Shown in pieces: positions 29,796 through 40,088 of a stretch of DNA of 64,000 nucleotides. Each line of letters starts with the position of its first letter. Position 1 is the first letter of the stretch. The DNA is from Desulfobacterales bacterium (GTDB lineage Bacteria; Desulfobacterota; Desulfobacteria; Desulfobacterales; UBA2174): NCBI GenBank assembly GCA_963668645.2, contig CAXXWC010000021.1, positions 1 to 64,000 on the forward strand, given 5' to 3'. The position numbers were made by a program, and so were the translations under genes. The notes under the pieces are model-generated. The model was not told where the DNA came from. It saw only the letters and a program-made list of their open reading frames with translations, and searched no databases.

Positions 29796-30845
29796 ATGAA
29801 AAGAAAAGCCGTTTACTGGATGTTGGCGCTGGTTTTTTGTGCCGTGGCGACGTGCCCGGTTTATGGGGCCGAAGCCGAATTCAAGTTGATCTACGAGAAC
29901 GTTTATCCCAAAGGACACATGCGGTTTCTGGTAGTCGACGAAATCCTCGACCGCATCGAGGCCAAATCGAACGGGCGGATTCAGTTCGAACGCCATTACG
30001 GCGGCGAGCCGGTGGGCAAAAAGGAAGCCATGTCCGCCCTGACCCGGGGGGCCATCGATCTGCTGACCGCCTACCCGACCTACTATGACGGCAAGATCGC
30101 CATCGGCGACTGGCAGCAGATGCCCTCGAATTTCCGGAACTGGGAAGACTGCTGGGAGCTTTGTGTCAACGGACGTGTAGCGGACATCATGGATGCGGCC
30201 TATACCAAGGTGGCGCGGGTCAAATACATCACATGCACACCGGTGGCGCCGTACAATTTTCAGATAGCCAAGAAGGCCAAAAAAATCAGAACGTTCGAAG
30301 ATTTCAAAGGGATGAAGATCAGGAGTGCCGGCGGTTCGGCCTCCATTGCCATCAAGATGCTGGGCGGCTCCCCGGTGATGACCGTCGGCGGCGAATATTA
30401 CCAGGCCATGCAAAAAGGCGTGGTGGATGCCGGCCTGATGACCACTTACAGCCTCAAGCAATACCGCTTGTGGGAAGTGGCAGACCAAGTGGTCAATCCG
30501 CCCCTGATCGGTTATGTGGGCGCTTTTCTATGGATGAACGACCGGGTCTGGAAGAAACTGCCCGAGGATTTGCAGCAGATCATTCTCACCGAAGCCCGCT
30601 CCAAGGAGATGTGGGCCAAATGGACCCAGATCTATGACCAGGAGCAGGATGGTCCCATCATCGAGGAGGCCAAGACCCAGGGGGTGGAATTTTATACTCT
30701 GCCGCCGGCCGAAGCCGAAAAGATGTACCAAGCCACGGCACCCGTGTGGGACTGGTACGTGGAACAATGCGAAAAGCAGGGGCTCGGGCCGCAAGCCAAA
30801 GAAGTAACGCAGTTGATCCAGGAAAGGTTCAAGGCGGCAAAATAG
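29796..30845 (+). CDS. dctP: TRAP transporter substrate-binding protein
   Basis: Signal peptide, SNGRIQF, EDFKGMKIRS, EYYQAMQKGVVDA, WKKLPEDLQQII. Confidence 0.9.
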   Translation: MKRKAVYWMLALVFCAVATCPVYGAEAEFKLIYENVYPKGHMRFLVVDEILDRIEAKSNGRIQFERHYGGEPVGKKEAMSALTRGAIDLLTAYPTYYDGKIAIGDWQQMPSNFRNWEDCWELCVNGRVADIMDAAYTKVARVKYITCTPVAPYNFQIAKKAKKIRTFEDFKGMKIRSAGGSASIAIKMLGGSPVMTVGGEYYQAMQKGVVDAGLMTTYSLKQYRLWEVADQVVNPPLIGYVGAFLWMNDRVWKKLPEDLQQIILTEARSKEMWAKWTQIYDQEQDGPIIEEAKTQGVEFYTLPPAEAEKMYQATAPVWDWYVEQCEKQGLGPQAKEVTQLIQERFKAAK

Positions 30846-30911
30846 TCCCGGCCTGCCCGGCGCGGAAGCAAACGACCAGTGCGCGCCGCGCCGGGGCATG
30901 AACGTATCCTC

Positions 30912-31481
30912 ATGATGAAAGGATGTGCTGTGGACGAGGGGAAAAAGTCGAGCCTCGTGGACAAATATGTTTCCACGCTGGAATGGCTCGCGACAGAGTC
31001 CGGATGGATTGCCGGAGCCTTATCCTTTGTGATGATGCTGGCCATTATCCGCGAAGTGTCCGGGAGGTATTTTTTAAACGCTCCCACCGACTGGTCGGTG
31101 GACCTCAACGCCTTTTTACTGGTGGGCATGGTCTATCTCGGATCGGCCTACACGACCATCATCGACGGTCATGTGCGGGCCGACTTTTTCTACGCCCGCA
31201 TATCGGGCAAGCCCAAGGCATGGCTGGACCTTTTCATCGATCTGGTCTGCATCTACTACTGTAGCATGCTCGTCTGGGAGGGCTGGTTGCTCGCCTACGA
31301 TTCCCTTCAATACGGGGAAGTCTCCTCCGGAGGGGTGCGTTGGCCCCTGTTTCCCTTTCAAGTGCTTGTTCCGCTTGGAGCCTTGCTGGTGATCCTGGGG
31401 ATTCTGGCCCGCAGCCTGACCAATATCCGGTTTCTCATGGGCAAGGGCGGACCTTATCAACCCTCTGGAGGTGGGCACTGA
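30912..31481 (+). CDS. dctQ: TRAP transporter small permease
   Basis: RYFLNAPTDWS, GHVRAD, four TM segments; GTG at 30930 is an alternative start. Confidence 0.88.
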   Translation: MMKGCAVDEGKKSSLVDKYVSTLEWLATESGWIAGALSFVMMLAIIREVSGRYFLNAPTDWSVDLNAFLLVGMVYLGSAYTTIIDGHVRADFFYARISGKPKAWLDLFIDLVCIYYCSMLVWEGWLLAYDSLQYGEVSSGGVRWPLFPFQVLVPLGALLVILGILARSLTNIRFLMGKGGPYQPSGGGH

Positions 31482-32788
31482 TGGAATGGTGGGTATTGTT
31501 GCCACTGATTTTGGCAAGTTTGCTGTTTCTTATTCTGATAGGTGTGCCGATCGCCTTCAGCCTTGGCGCCTTGTCGCTGACCTTGATCCTGATTTTTCTG
31601 GGTCCGAGGCAGCTGATCCTCTTTTCAACGACCGCCTTTGGACAGATCAACAACTTCGCGTTGGTCGCCATTCCGCTTTTCATTTTCATGGCGGAAATCG
31701 TCCTGCATTCCGGTGTGAGCAAGGATGCCTACGACATGCTTTCCAAATGGACGGGAAAGCTTCCCGGCGGGCTGGCGGTAGCCAGCCAGCTAACCTGCAC
31801 CCTATTCGCGGCGGTATCCGGAGCCAGCACGGCAACGGCGGCGGCCGTGGGACGGATCGCCGTGCCGGAGATGCTCGACCGGGGCTACGATAAACGGTTG
31901 ACCTGCGGCTCCATCGCTGCCGGCGGGGCACTGGGAGCACTGATTCCCCCCAGCATCTACATGATCATCTACGGCACCCTGGTGGAAGAGTCTATCGGCC
32001 AGCTTTTTATGGGCGGGGTCGTTCCGGGATTGATGCTCAGCGCCATGTTCATCGCCTTCATCGTCATCCGCTGCATTTTCAACCCGGATTTGGCCCCGCG
32101 GCTGATGGAGGTGACCTGGAACGATCGCTGGAAGTCCCTTTCAAAGGTGTGGGCGATCTTGTTTCTCGCAGCGGCCATGCTGCTCGCGATCTATCTGGGC
32201 ATCGCCACGCCGGCCGAGATCGCCGGGGTCGGATGTTTCTTCGCCCTGTTGATAGGCTTCGCCTACCGCCGCCTGACCTGGACGGCCATCAAGGGGGCTT
32301 TTCTGAGCACCTGCCGCATCACCTGTTTCATCGGCTGGATCCTGGTGGCGGCTACCCTCTTTGGCTACGTGCTCTCCTATCTTCAGCTTCCCCAGCAGTT
32401 GGCCGAATGGCTCGTGGCCCAGGCGACCAGCCCGTACGTGATCCTCATCGGTATCAACGTGATCCTGCTTTTTCTGGGCTGCATCATGGACCCGGCCGGA
32501 ATCCTTCTGGTGACCATTCCGATCTTCGTTCCGATCATCAAGGCCATCGGGTTCGACCCGGTCTGGTTCGGCGTAATGTTCGTGGTCAATACGGAATTGT
32601 CCCAGATCACGCCTCCGCTGGGATTGAACCTGTACATCATCAAGGGGATCACCCCGCCTTCGATTACCTTGAAAGACATTTTGTACGGTGCAGCGCCATT
32701 CATGCTGCTGGATCTGGTGGGACTGGCCCTGGTGATCATCTTTCCGGATATTATCCTGTGGCTCCCCTCGAAAATGATGGGCGGATGA
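31481..32788 (+). CDS. dctM: TRAP transporter large permease
   Basis: GVPIAFSLG, AIPLFIFM, LIPPSI, ITPPLGLNLY; TGATG overlap with dctQ. Confidence 0.92.
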   Translation: MEWWVLLPLILASLLFLILIGVPIAFSLGALSLTLILIFLGPRQLILFSTTAFGQINNFALVAIPLFIFMAEIVLHSGVSKDAYDMLSKWTGKLPGGLAVASQLTCTLFAAVSGASTATAAAVGRIAVPEMLDRGYDKRLTCGSIAAGGALGALIPPSIYMIIYGTLVEESIGQLFMGGVVPGLMLSAMFIAFIVIRCIFNPDLAPRLMEVTWNDRWKSLSKVWAILFLAAAMLLAIYLGIATPAEIAGVGCFFALLIGFAYRRLTWTAIKGAFLSTCRITCFIGWILVAATLFGYVLSYLQLPQQLAEWLVAQATSPYVILIGINVILLFLGCIMDPAGILLVTIPIFVPIIKAIGFDPVWFGVMFVVNTELSQITPPLGLNLYIIKGITPPSITLKDILYGAAPFMLLDLVGLALVIIFPDIILWLPSKMMGG

Positions 32789-32818
32789 AGCAACGATTTG
32801 AAAAAGAAAGAAAACAAG

Positions 32819-33304
32819 ATGGAAGACAAAAACATTCCCCGGGAAGCGATGGCGCTGATCGGGGTTGAAAAACAGCGGCAATACACCGTCACGGAAAAAG
32901 ATATCCGGCATTTTGCCCAGGCCATCGGGGATACGAACCCGCTCTACCACGACAGCGAATACGGCAAGCGAACCAAGTATGGGGCGATGGTGGCACCGCC
33001 GCTGTTCTGCCACGCCTTTGCCTTCGAAGACGTTGCCCCCGAAGCGCTTCCGCCGGACGGATCCCCGGTGGAAGCCGATATTCCCATCCCCGCCAAACGG
33101 ATGGTGGGCGGGGGAAGCGTCTTTGAGAGCTATATCCGGTTCCGGCCCGGCGACCAGGTGCGGGTGCGCACCCGGCTCAAGGACCTGTACACCAAGACGG
33201 GCCGAAGCGGCGTCCTCTATTTTATCGTGATCGAAACCTGTTTTTACAACCAGAAAGACGAGCTGGCGGCCAGAGAGACCGCCACTTTTATCAAACGCAT
33301 TTAA
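32819..33304 (+). CDS. MaoC-like hot-dog dehydratase, N-terminal-half type subunit
   Basis: IRHFAQAIGDTNPLY...VAPPLF, IPAKRMVGGG...F...RPGD. Confidence 0.82.
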   Translation: MEDKNIPREAMALIGVEKQRQYTVTEKDIRHFAQAIGDTNPLYHDSEYGKRTKYGAMVAPPLFCHAFAFEDVAPEALPPDGSPVEADIPIPAKRMVGGGSVFESYIRFRPGDQVRVRTRLKDLYTKTGRSGVLYFIVIETCFYNQKDELAARETATFIKRI

Positions 33305-33317
33305 AGCGCGGACCGGC

Positions 33318-33737
33318 ATGGAAAAGATAAAGGACATACCTGAGCAGATCGAAAACGGCGCCCCGTTGGGCACGCTGGTAAAATCCCCGGACGTGAAACA
33401 GATTTTCATGTTCAGCGCCATCACCTGGAACCGCCACGCCATCCATTACAGCCGGGAGATCGCCCGAAGTGAAGGCCACTCGGACGTGGTGGTCCAACGG
33501 GCCCTGATCGGCAATTTTCTGGCCCAGTTTCTGGAACAGTGGGCCCAGGAACGCGGCGAAGTCGAGCGCCTAGAGTGGAAAGTGATTCACAGCGCCATGC
33601 CCGGAGATGAATTGACATGTACCGGCGCTGTAAAACAGACAACCGACTGTTGCCGGGTCGAGTGCGACCTGCAGATGGTCAACCAGACCGGCGACGTAAT
33701 CGCCAAAGGCAGCGGTACGGTGCGCCTGGATCAGTGA
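33318..33737 (+). CDS. MaoC-like dehydratase catalytic subunit (Ich/Meh-like motif)
   Basis: IFMFSAITWNRHAIHY...G..DVVVQ. Confidence 0.8.
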   Translation: MEKIKDIPEQIENGAPLGTLVKSPDVKQIFMFSAITWNRHAIHYSREIARSEGHSDVVVQRALIGNFLAQFLEQWAQERGEVERLEWKVIHSAMPGDELTCTGAVKQTTDCCRVECDLQMVNQTGDVIAKGSGTVRLDQ

Positions 33738-33842
33738 CATGCCATCCGGGGCCGGCACGGGCAAAAGGACGGCCTAATCCGGAATGGTTTTCAACCGCGG
33801 CGCAAGATCGCGGTTATCGGGTTTCAACAAGGAGAATGCAAG

Positions 33843-35621
33843 ATGAAAGAGCGCATTGTCATCGCCAATGCCAGCGGCTTTTGGGGAGATGAAGGGGCCG
33901 CCGTCCGGCGCCAGATCGAAGGCGGACGCGTCGATTACCTCACCGGCGACTATCTGGCCGAGATTACCATGATCATCCTGGCGCGCCAGAAGGAAAAAGA
34001 TCCCCAGGCCGGTTATGCCCGCGATTTTGTTCAGTCTCTGAGCGAAGTGCTCGGGCAGATCGCCGAAAAAGGAATCACCGTCATCACCAACGCCGGCGGA
34101 ATCAATCCAAAGGCCTGCGCCGAAGCCCTCGAAGCGCAGATCGCGGCCCAGGGGCTCGACCTTCCGGTAGCCGTAGTCGATGGCGACGACCTCATGCCCC
34201 GGCTGCCGGAAATGATCGCCGGCGGCTGTCCCTTTACCCATCTGGATTCCGGCGAGTCCCTGGCCGGACTGGCCGACCGGGTGGTTTCGGCCAATGCCTA
34301 CCTTGGCGCCAGGCCCATCGTGGCGGCCCTGGACCAGGGGGCGCGGATCGTCGTCACCGGCCGGACCTACGATGCGGCCAGCGTGGTGGCGCCCATTGTC
34401 CATGAATTCGGATGGTCCTGGGAGGATTACGACCGTCTGGCGGCGGCCCTGCTGGCCGGCCACCTCATCGAATGCGGGGCCCAGTCCACCGGCGGCAACT
34501 ATTCGCTGTGGCGCGAAGTGCCTTCCTATACCAACATGGGATACCCTCTGGTGGAAGTGCTGGCGGACGGCTCCTTCTACCTGACCAAGCATCCGGGCAC
34601 GGGCGGCCTGGTGAGCACCCGCACGGCCAAAGAGCAGATTTTGTATGAAATCGGCGATCCGCGCATGTATATGAGCCCCGACGTAATCGCCGATTTCACC
34701 TCCTTTACCATTGCAGATGACGGACCGGACCGGGTGCTCATCCAAGGGGGCAAGGGCCAGGCGCCGCCGCCCAACCTAAAGGTTTCCGTAAACTACAAGG
34801 CAGGCTACAAGGTCGTGGCCATGCTGGTGGTCAGCGGTCCAGACGTCCTGGCCAAGGCCCAGGCCTTTGCCGAGATGTTCTGGGATCGCGTCGGCACCGA
34901 TTTCGACGAAAAGCGTACGGATTTTGTCGGCTATTCGGCTTGCTGGGGTGAATCGGCGGCCCCGCCCAACAACCCCAACGAAATCATCCTGCGGTTTGCC
35001 GCGCGCTCCCGGGAAAAGGCCCCCCTGGCCAAGATGAGCCGCGAAATCGCCGGCATGATCCTTGCCGGCCCTCCCGGGGTAACGGTCTTCGGCGGCCGGC
35101 CCCAGGTCCAGTCGGCATTCGGGTTCTGGCCGGCCGTGATTCCCCGGGATCTGGTCACGGCCCGGCTCCGGTTCAGGGGCTGTGAAACCCTGTTCAGTTG
35201 CGAAACCGGACAGTTTCAGGAACCTGCAACCGTCGAGTTCCCCCCTCTTTCGCTTCCGGAAGCCGGCGAACGCGTCCGCGTACCCCTGTCACGGGTGGCC
35301 CACGCGCGCTCCGGGGACAAGGGAGACCTGTGCAATATCGGGGTAGCCGCCCTTGACTCGCGGTTCTATCCGGAGCTGGTCCGTGAACTGACGCCTGAAA
35401 AAATCGCCGCCTATTTCAAGACCAACGTCCACGGCCCGGTAGATCGCTATCGTCTGGACAATATCAGTGCCCTGAATTTTGTCCTGCACCATGCTCTTGA
35501 CGGCGGCGGAACCGTATCGCTGCTGCTCGACAACCAGGGCAAAACCCTCTCCCAGGCTCTGTTGAACATGCCGGTGGAAATCCGCAGCGACCTGCTTGGC
35601 GAATCGGCCATGCACAATTGA
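33843..35621 (+). CDS. Acyclic terpene utilisation AtuA-family protein (DUF1446 plus C-terminal domain)
   Basis: IANASGFWGD, DYLAEITM, NAGGINP, SANAYLG, GHLIECGAQSTGG, HARSGDKGD, DNQGK. Confidence 0.9.
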   Translation: MKERIVIANASGFWGDEGAAVRRQIEGGRVDYLTGDYLAEITMIILARQKEKDPQAGYARDFVQSLSEVLGQIAEKGITVITNAGGINPKACAEALEAQIAAQGLDLPVAVVDGDDLMPRLPEMIAGGCPFTHLDSGESLAGLADRVVSANAYLGARPIVAALDQGARIVVTGRTYDAASVVAPIVHEFGWSWEDYDRLAAALLAGHLIECGAQSTGGNYSLWREVPSYTNMGYPLVEVLADGSFYLTKHPGTGGLVSTRTAKEQILYEIGDPRMYMSPDVIADFTSFTIADDGPDRVLIQGGKGQAPPPNLKVSVNYKAGYKVVAMLVVSGPDVLAKAQAFAEMFWDRVGTDFDEKRTDFVGYSACWGESAAPPNNPNEIILRFAARSREKAPLAKMSREIAGMILAGPPGVTVFGGRPQVQSAFGFWPAVIPRDLVTARLRFRGCETLFSCETGQFQEPATVEFPPLSLPEAGERVRVPLSRVAHARSGDKGDLCNIGVAALDSRFYPELVRELTPEKIAAYFKTNVHGPVDRYRLDNISALNFVLHHALDGGGTVSLLLDNQGKTLSQALLNMPVEIRSDLLGESAMHN

Positions 35622-36018
35622 ACCGGACCGGCGCCCGCAGGATCGAAGTAGCGCAAGGAAGCTTTATTCCCTCCCCCTTTCCTAAGATGCGCTTCGATCC
35701 TGCGGGTCCGGTCCTCCCTTCCGAATCACCTTCACGACCCCTTTGAAGACCGGCGTGCCAGCCAAACCGAAACATTACTCGCCAGCCCTTCCGATCCATA
35801 CCCAACCGTGCCAAACCCGATCAGTATCGGGTCGTCAGACGCTGACTTTGCCGGCCGCCTGAGGCGCTTTTTACCTTTCATAAAGTTACCCCAGGCCTGA
35901 AGAAAGTCTTGCATAACGGACGCGGCCTTTTCCACTGGTGAATGATTTACCCGGTTTTATGCAAAACATCGCCTGAAACATGGGAAAATCCGGCCGCAAA
36001 CATCATGACAATTTTTGC

Positions 36019-36086
36019 TTGACAGCATGATCAATCCTGTCCAAAGTAATGCTACTGAATCGCATTGACTGCTACACAGTAGCATT
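36019..36086 (+). promoter_or_regulatory. Promoter/operator of the IclR operon
   Basis: TTGACA at 36019; perfect palindrome TGCTAC-ACA-GTAGCA (36070-36084) and a degenerate copy TGCTAC-TGA-ATCGCA upstream. Confidence 0.6.
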
Positions 36087-36117
36087 TATAACAATCTCTC
36101 CCAGAGACGGGGGCCTC

Positions 36118-36939
36118 ATGCGACCCAAAACTTCCAGCACGAAAAGCCAGCGCAGGGAAGCCGACCGCCACATCGATGTGGTCCAGAAAGCGCTCGAGAT
36201 CCTGGACGTTTTTGATTCAATGGCGGAGGTCAACCTGAAGCAGATCTCGGAATCGACCGGCATCACAGCCAACCGGGCGATCCGGATTCTGGGCACTCTC
36301 GAATCCAAGGGGTACGTAAGCCGCAGTGCCGACACCCGCACCTATCGCCTGGGCTACCGTGCCCTTGCTCTAGGAAAATCCTTCGAAAAACACAACAACC
36401 TGACCAGCATCAGCCGCCCAGTACTCAAGCAGATAGTGAGCATTTGCGGCGAGTCGGCCTCTCTGTTCGTCGTTTCGGGCGGTATGCGCATGGTGTTGGC
36501 GCGCGAGGAGGGCACCCACGGCATCCGCTTCGCCGTCACCGAGGGACAGCGCATGCCGTTGCACGCCGGTGCAGGTGGCAAAATTCTCCTGGCCTTCGGC
36601 GAAAAGAAACTGCTCGATCAGACGTTGGCCAAGCAAGAACTCATCGCCATCACGGAGCGGACCATCACCGATAAAGCGCAACTGATCCGGACCTTGGCCA
36701 GCGTTCGCGAGAAGGGATACGCCATCAGTCAGGGCGAACGTATCCGGGATTCGCGGGCCATCGCGGTACCTGTTTTTGGTCACGACGGTTTGTTAGTCGG
36801 AGCCTTGGGCATCGGCGGTCCCGAAAGCCGCCTCCAGGGAGAGCGACTGCAAAAGAGCCTCGATCTACTCATCGACGCGGCACGATCTCTCTCGAAAATG
36901 CTCGGCTGGGAATCGGCCACCGGCTGCCCGCTTTCATAG
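36118..36939 (+). CDS. IclR-family transcriptional regulator
   Basis: VVQKALEILDVF HTH, YRLG, GESASL, PLHAGAGGKILLA, VREKGYA, AIAVPVF. Confidence 0.92.
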   Translation: MRPKTSSTKSQRREADRHIDVVQKALEILDVFDSMAEVNLKQISESTGITANRAIRILGTLESKGYVSRSADTRTYRLGYRALALGKSFEKHNNLTSISRPVLKQIVSICGESASLFVVSGGMRMVLAREEGTHGIRFAVTEGQRMPLHAGAGGKILLAFGEKKLLDQTLAKQELIAITERTITDKAQLIRTLASVREKGYAISQGERIRDSRAIAVPVFGHDGLLVGALGIGGPESRLQGERLQKSLDLLIDAARSLSKMLGWESATGCPLS

Positions 36940-36986
36940 GAAGGAAGATTCAACTATCAATACAAAAAGTTAAAAGGAGGCAAGCG

Positions 36987-37970
36987 ATGAAAAAATCGGC
37001 CGCTCTTATGGTTCTCGTGGCAGCCACCGTCATGTTAATGATTTGCCCTGCACCTGCATCGGACTGGCCCCAAAAGAGCATCAGCATCGTCGTTCCCTAC
37101 AAGGCCGGCGGCAGCGCGGACCGCCTGGCCCGGGGAATCGCACCGTTTCTGGAAAAGGAACTGGGGCAACCGGTGGTGATCGAAAACCGGCCCGGGGCCG
37201 GCAGTCAGGTCGGCACCCTGCTGTTCTTGAGCCGGCCGGCGGATGGCAATAGCGTCTTGCTTGCCGTTCAACCTTATATGAGCGCCACCATGGTGCTGCA
37301 GGGCGCCAAGTATTCCATCGACGACTTCGAAGTTGTCAACGCCGAAAACGTCGGCGCCATCAGCGTTTCGGTCCCCAACGATTCGCCTTACAAAACCTTC
37401 GACGACTTGCACCAAGCAATCAAAAAGAATCCTGCCCAGATCAAGGTCGGCACCGTCCAAGGCGGAAGCCCCCATCTACTGACCTTGCTGCTCATGGAAA
37501 AACTCGGCTGGGATGTGCGGGTGGTGAACTACAGCTCCGGAGCGCCGATCCGGACGGCATTGCTTGGCGGGCATATCGATTTTTCCACCAACGGCGCCGT
37601 GGCGGATGCCACCATGAAGCCTAACGCCCGGTCCCTGGCACTATCCACGGACACCAAGTTGGCGGTGTGGCCCGATGCCCCTTACATCAACGACGTCTTG
37701 CAATCATATCAGATGAACGTGCCCCAGGTCGGCGACGTCCGCCTTTTCGCCTTCAAGAAGGGATTCAAAGAAAAGTACCCCCAACGCTGGGAAACCTTTC
37801 TGCGAGCCTACCGCAACGTGCTCAACAGCAGTGAATACCGGCAGTACACCGAAAAAATCGGCACTGCCGCAGAAACGGCCTTCCGCGGACCGGAAAAGAG
37901 CCAGACACTGGTCAGGGACGTGCACCAGCTCCTGGTGAAATACAAGGACCGCTTCAACAAGAAGAAATAA
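36987..37970 (+). CDS. tctC: TTT periplasmic binding protein (TctC/Bug)
   Basis: WPQKSISIVVPYKAGGSAD...IENRPGAG...ADG, ALLGGHID. Confidence 0.9.
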   Translation: MKKSAALMVLVAATVMLMICPAPASDWPQKSISIVVPYKAGGSADRLARGIAPFLEKELGQPVVIENRPGAGSQVGTLLFLSRPADGNSVLLAVQPYMSATMVLQGAKYSIDDFEVVNAENVGAISVSVPNDSPYKTFDDLHQAIKKNPAQIKVGTVQGGSPHLLTLLLMEKLGWDVRVVNYSSGAPIRTALLGGHIDFSTNGAVADATMKPNARSLALSTDTKLAVWPDAPYINDVLQSYQMNVPQVGDVRLFAFKKGFKEKYPQRWETFLRAYRNVLNSSEYRQYTEKIGTAAETAFRGPEKSQTLVRDVHQLLVKYKDRFNKKK

Positions 37971-38078
37971 ACGGCCGGGAGGGCTCCGGCGGCTTGATCG
38001 GCGCTCTGGAGCCCGCCACAATCCCGAGTGCGGTTCATGGCGGGGTAACACGATCCTAATCCACCCAAAGGGTTTGAT

Positions 38079-38516
38079 ATGAACAAACTCGAGCACCTGA
38101 TTCCGCCGTCGATCATCTTTGTCTATACGGCACTCTATCTCTTTTATAACCAGGACTTGGCGACCGAAGACATGCTGTTGGTCAAGCCGTTGATCTATGC
38201 GGTATTAGCCTTGTCGGTCTACGTTGGCCTGCGGGCTGTGGCCGGCCATCAGGAGTCGGGCGACAAGTCAGCCCGCAAGGGCACGCTCCCTGTCGCCAAT
38301 CGCATCGGTTTCGTCCTGATTACAATCGCCTATCTGGTCGCCCTCCAGTATGCGTTTGTCTTATCGTCGTCGGCCTACCTGGTAGCGACCATGGTGCTGC
38401 TGGGGGTTCGCAAGAAGATCTTTGTGGGTCTCATGGCCATCGGTTATCCGATTTTTTTGTATATTCTTTTTTCATACCTGATGGTGCCGTTGCCGCATAT
38501 TACGGACCGGTTTTGA
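38079..38516 (+). CDS. tctB: TTT small permease
   Basis: Hydrophobic, C-terminal LF..LMVPLP; lies between tctC and tctA. Confidence 0.75.
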   Translation: MNKLEHLIPPSIIFVYTALYLFYNQDLATEDMLLVKPLIYAVLALSVYVGLRAVAGHQESGDKSARKGTLPVANRIGFVLITIAYLVALQYAFVLSSSAYLVATMVLLGVRKKIFVGLMAIGYPIFLYILFSYLMVPLPHITDRF

Positions 38517-38525
38517 GGAAAAACC

Positions 38526-40031
38526 ATGTGGGAACTCCTTGCACAGGGAATGAACACGGTTTTCACCGTGGATGTACTGATCATGGCTATCGCCGGAATC
38601 ACGGTAGGGATTATCGCCGGAGGGATTCCCGGGTTGAATGCCGGCATCGCCATCGCGCTCATGCTGCCGGCGACCTATAAGATGGAATTTTTCAATGCGT
38701 TGGTGTTTCTGACGTCCATTTATACCGGAGGCGTGTTCGGCGGCGCTGTGACGGCCATCCTGATCAACGCACCGGGCGCGCCAGCCGCCATCGCCACCGT
38801 TTTCGACGGCTATCCGATGACAAAAAAGGGAATGTCCAACGAGGCCTTAGGACTGAGCCTGGGAGCCTCGGCCATGGGAGGACTGTTGGGGATGGTATTT
38901 CTGCTGTTCGTTATCTCGCCCCTGGCCCAGTTCGCCTTGAAGTTCGGCCCCCCCGAGATGTTCCTGCTGGTGGTCCTGGCCTTGACGTCCATCGCGTCCA
39001 TCTCCCGCACGGACTTGGCCAAAGGGTTGCTGGCAGGACTGTTCGGGATTCTGCTCGGCAGCGTCGGCATGACCGCCTCCGGTACGATCCGTTTTACCTT
39101 CGGATCGGTCTACCTGATCGACGGCATTCCGGTTATTCCAGCCCTTATCGGCTTCATCGCTGTCTCCGAGCTGCTGACACTCATCGGCAAGGATTACATC
39201 ACCCAGACCGGCAGTGGGCAGAAGCAGGAATTCCGCAAGATTATGGCCGGAATCTGGATGGTGCCCAAAAACGCTCTCAGCCTGGTACGATCCTCAATGA
39301 TCGGCATCGGTATCGGTGCCGTACCGGGCGTCGGTGCAACGGTGGGCAGCCTCATTTCCTATGACGTGGCAAAGCGGTTCTCCAAGCGCTCCGAGGAGTT
39401 CGGCACCGGACTGCCCGAGGGCGTCATCGCCGCAGAGGCGGCGAACAACTCTTCCGAGGGCGGTGCCATGGCGACCATGCTCGCCCTGGGAATTCCGGGC
39501 GGAGCCGCCACCGCGATCCTCATCGGGGCCTTTACACTCCAAGGGCTGATCCCCGGGCCCCGGCTGCTTATCGAAAACAAAGAACTGGTCTACTCGCTGA
39601 TCGGCGCCGAGATGCTCGAAGAGGTTCTGCTGTTGTTGATCGGGGCGGTAATTGCCTCCTTTTTCGTCAAAGCACTGTATGTGCCGACCCGTATTCTGGT
39701 TCCATTGATTATGGTGATTTGCTTCCTGGGCGCCTTCTCGGTTCGCAACACCTTTTTTGACGCCTATCTGTTATTCGGATTCGGACTGATCGGCTGGCTC
39801 ATGAAGCGGCACCATTACCCGGTGATCGCCACGGTGATCGGCATCATCCTGGGGCCGATCGCCGACGCCGAGCTGCTCAGGACCTACCAGATGTACGGTA
39901 GCGATATGACCGTTTTTCTCAAACGGCCCATCTGTCTGACGTTGGTGATCTTCATCACCCTCAGCCTCGTCTTCACGCCGGTGCTGCAATTTGTCCGCAG
40001 TCGATGGAAACAGCAGAGTAACGGGTCCTGA
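38526..40031 (+). CDS. tctA: TTT large permease
   Basis: GGIPGL, ILINAPGAPAAIATVFDGYPM, FGPPEMF, EAANN, LGIPG. Confidence 0.92.
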   Translation: MWELLAQGMNTVFTVDVLIMAIAGITVGIIAGGIPGLNAGIAIALMLPATYKMEFFNALVFLTSIYTGGVFGGAVTAILINAPGAPAAIATVFDGYPMTKKGMSNEALGLSLGASAMGGLLGMVFLLFVISPLAQFALKFGPPEMFLLVVLALTSIASISRTDLAKGLLAGLFGILLGSVGMTASGTIRFTFGSVYLIDGIPVIPALIGFIAVSELLTLIGKDYITQTGSGQKQEFRKIMAGIWMVPKNALSLVRSSMIGIGIGAVPGVGATVGSLISYDVAKRFSKRSEEFGTGLPEGVIAAEAANNSSEGGAMATMLALGIPGGAATAILIGAFTLQGLIPGPRLLIENKELVYSLIGAEMLEEVLLLLIGAVIASFFVKALYVPTRILVPLIMVICFLGAFSVRNTFFDAYLLFGFGLIGWLMKRHHYPVIATVIGIILGPIADAELLRTYQMYGSDMTVFLKRPICLTLVIFITLSLVFTPVLQFVRSRWKQQSNGS

Positions 40032-40088
40032 CGGCCCCCGGTAGGCCGTTTATGCGCGGGACGTTGATGCCCGCAAAGGAGGAAAAAG

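Noticed and set aside
35732..35935. Short ORF with LIGFGTVG resembling a homoserine dehydrogenase N-terminus
   Set aside because: Only eight residues match; could be a remnant but cannot be supported.
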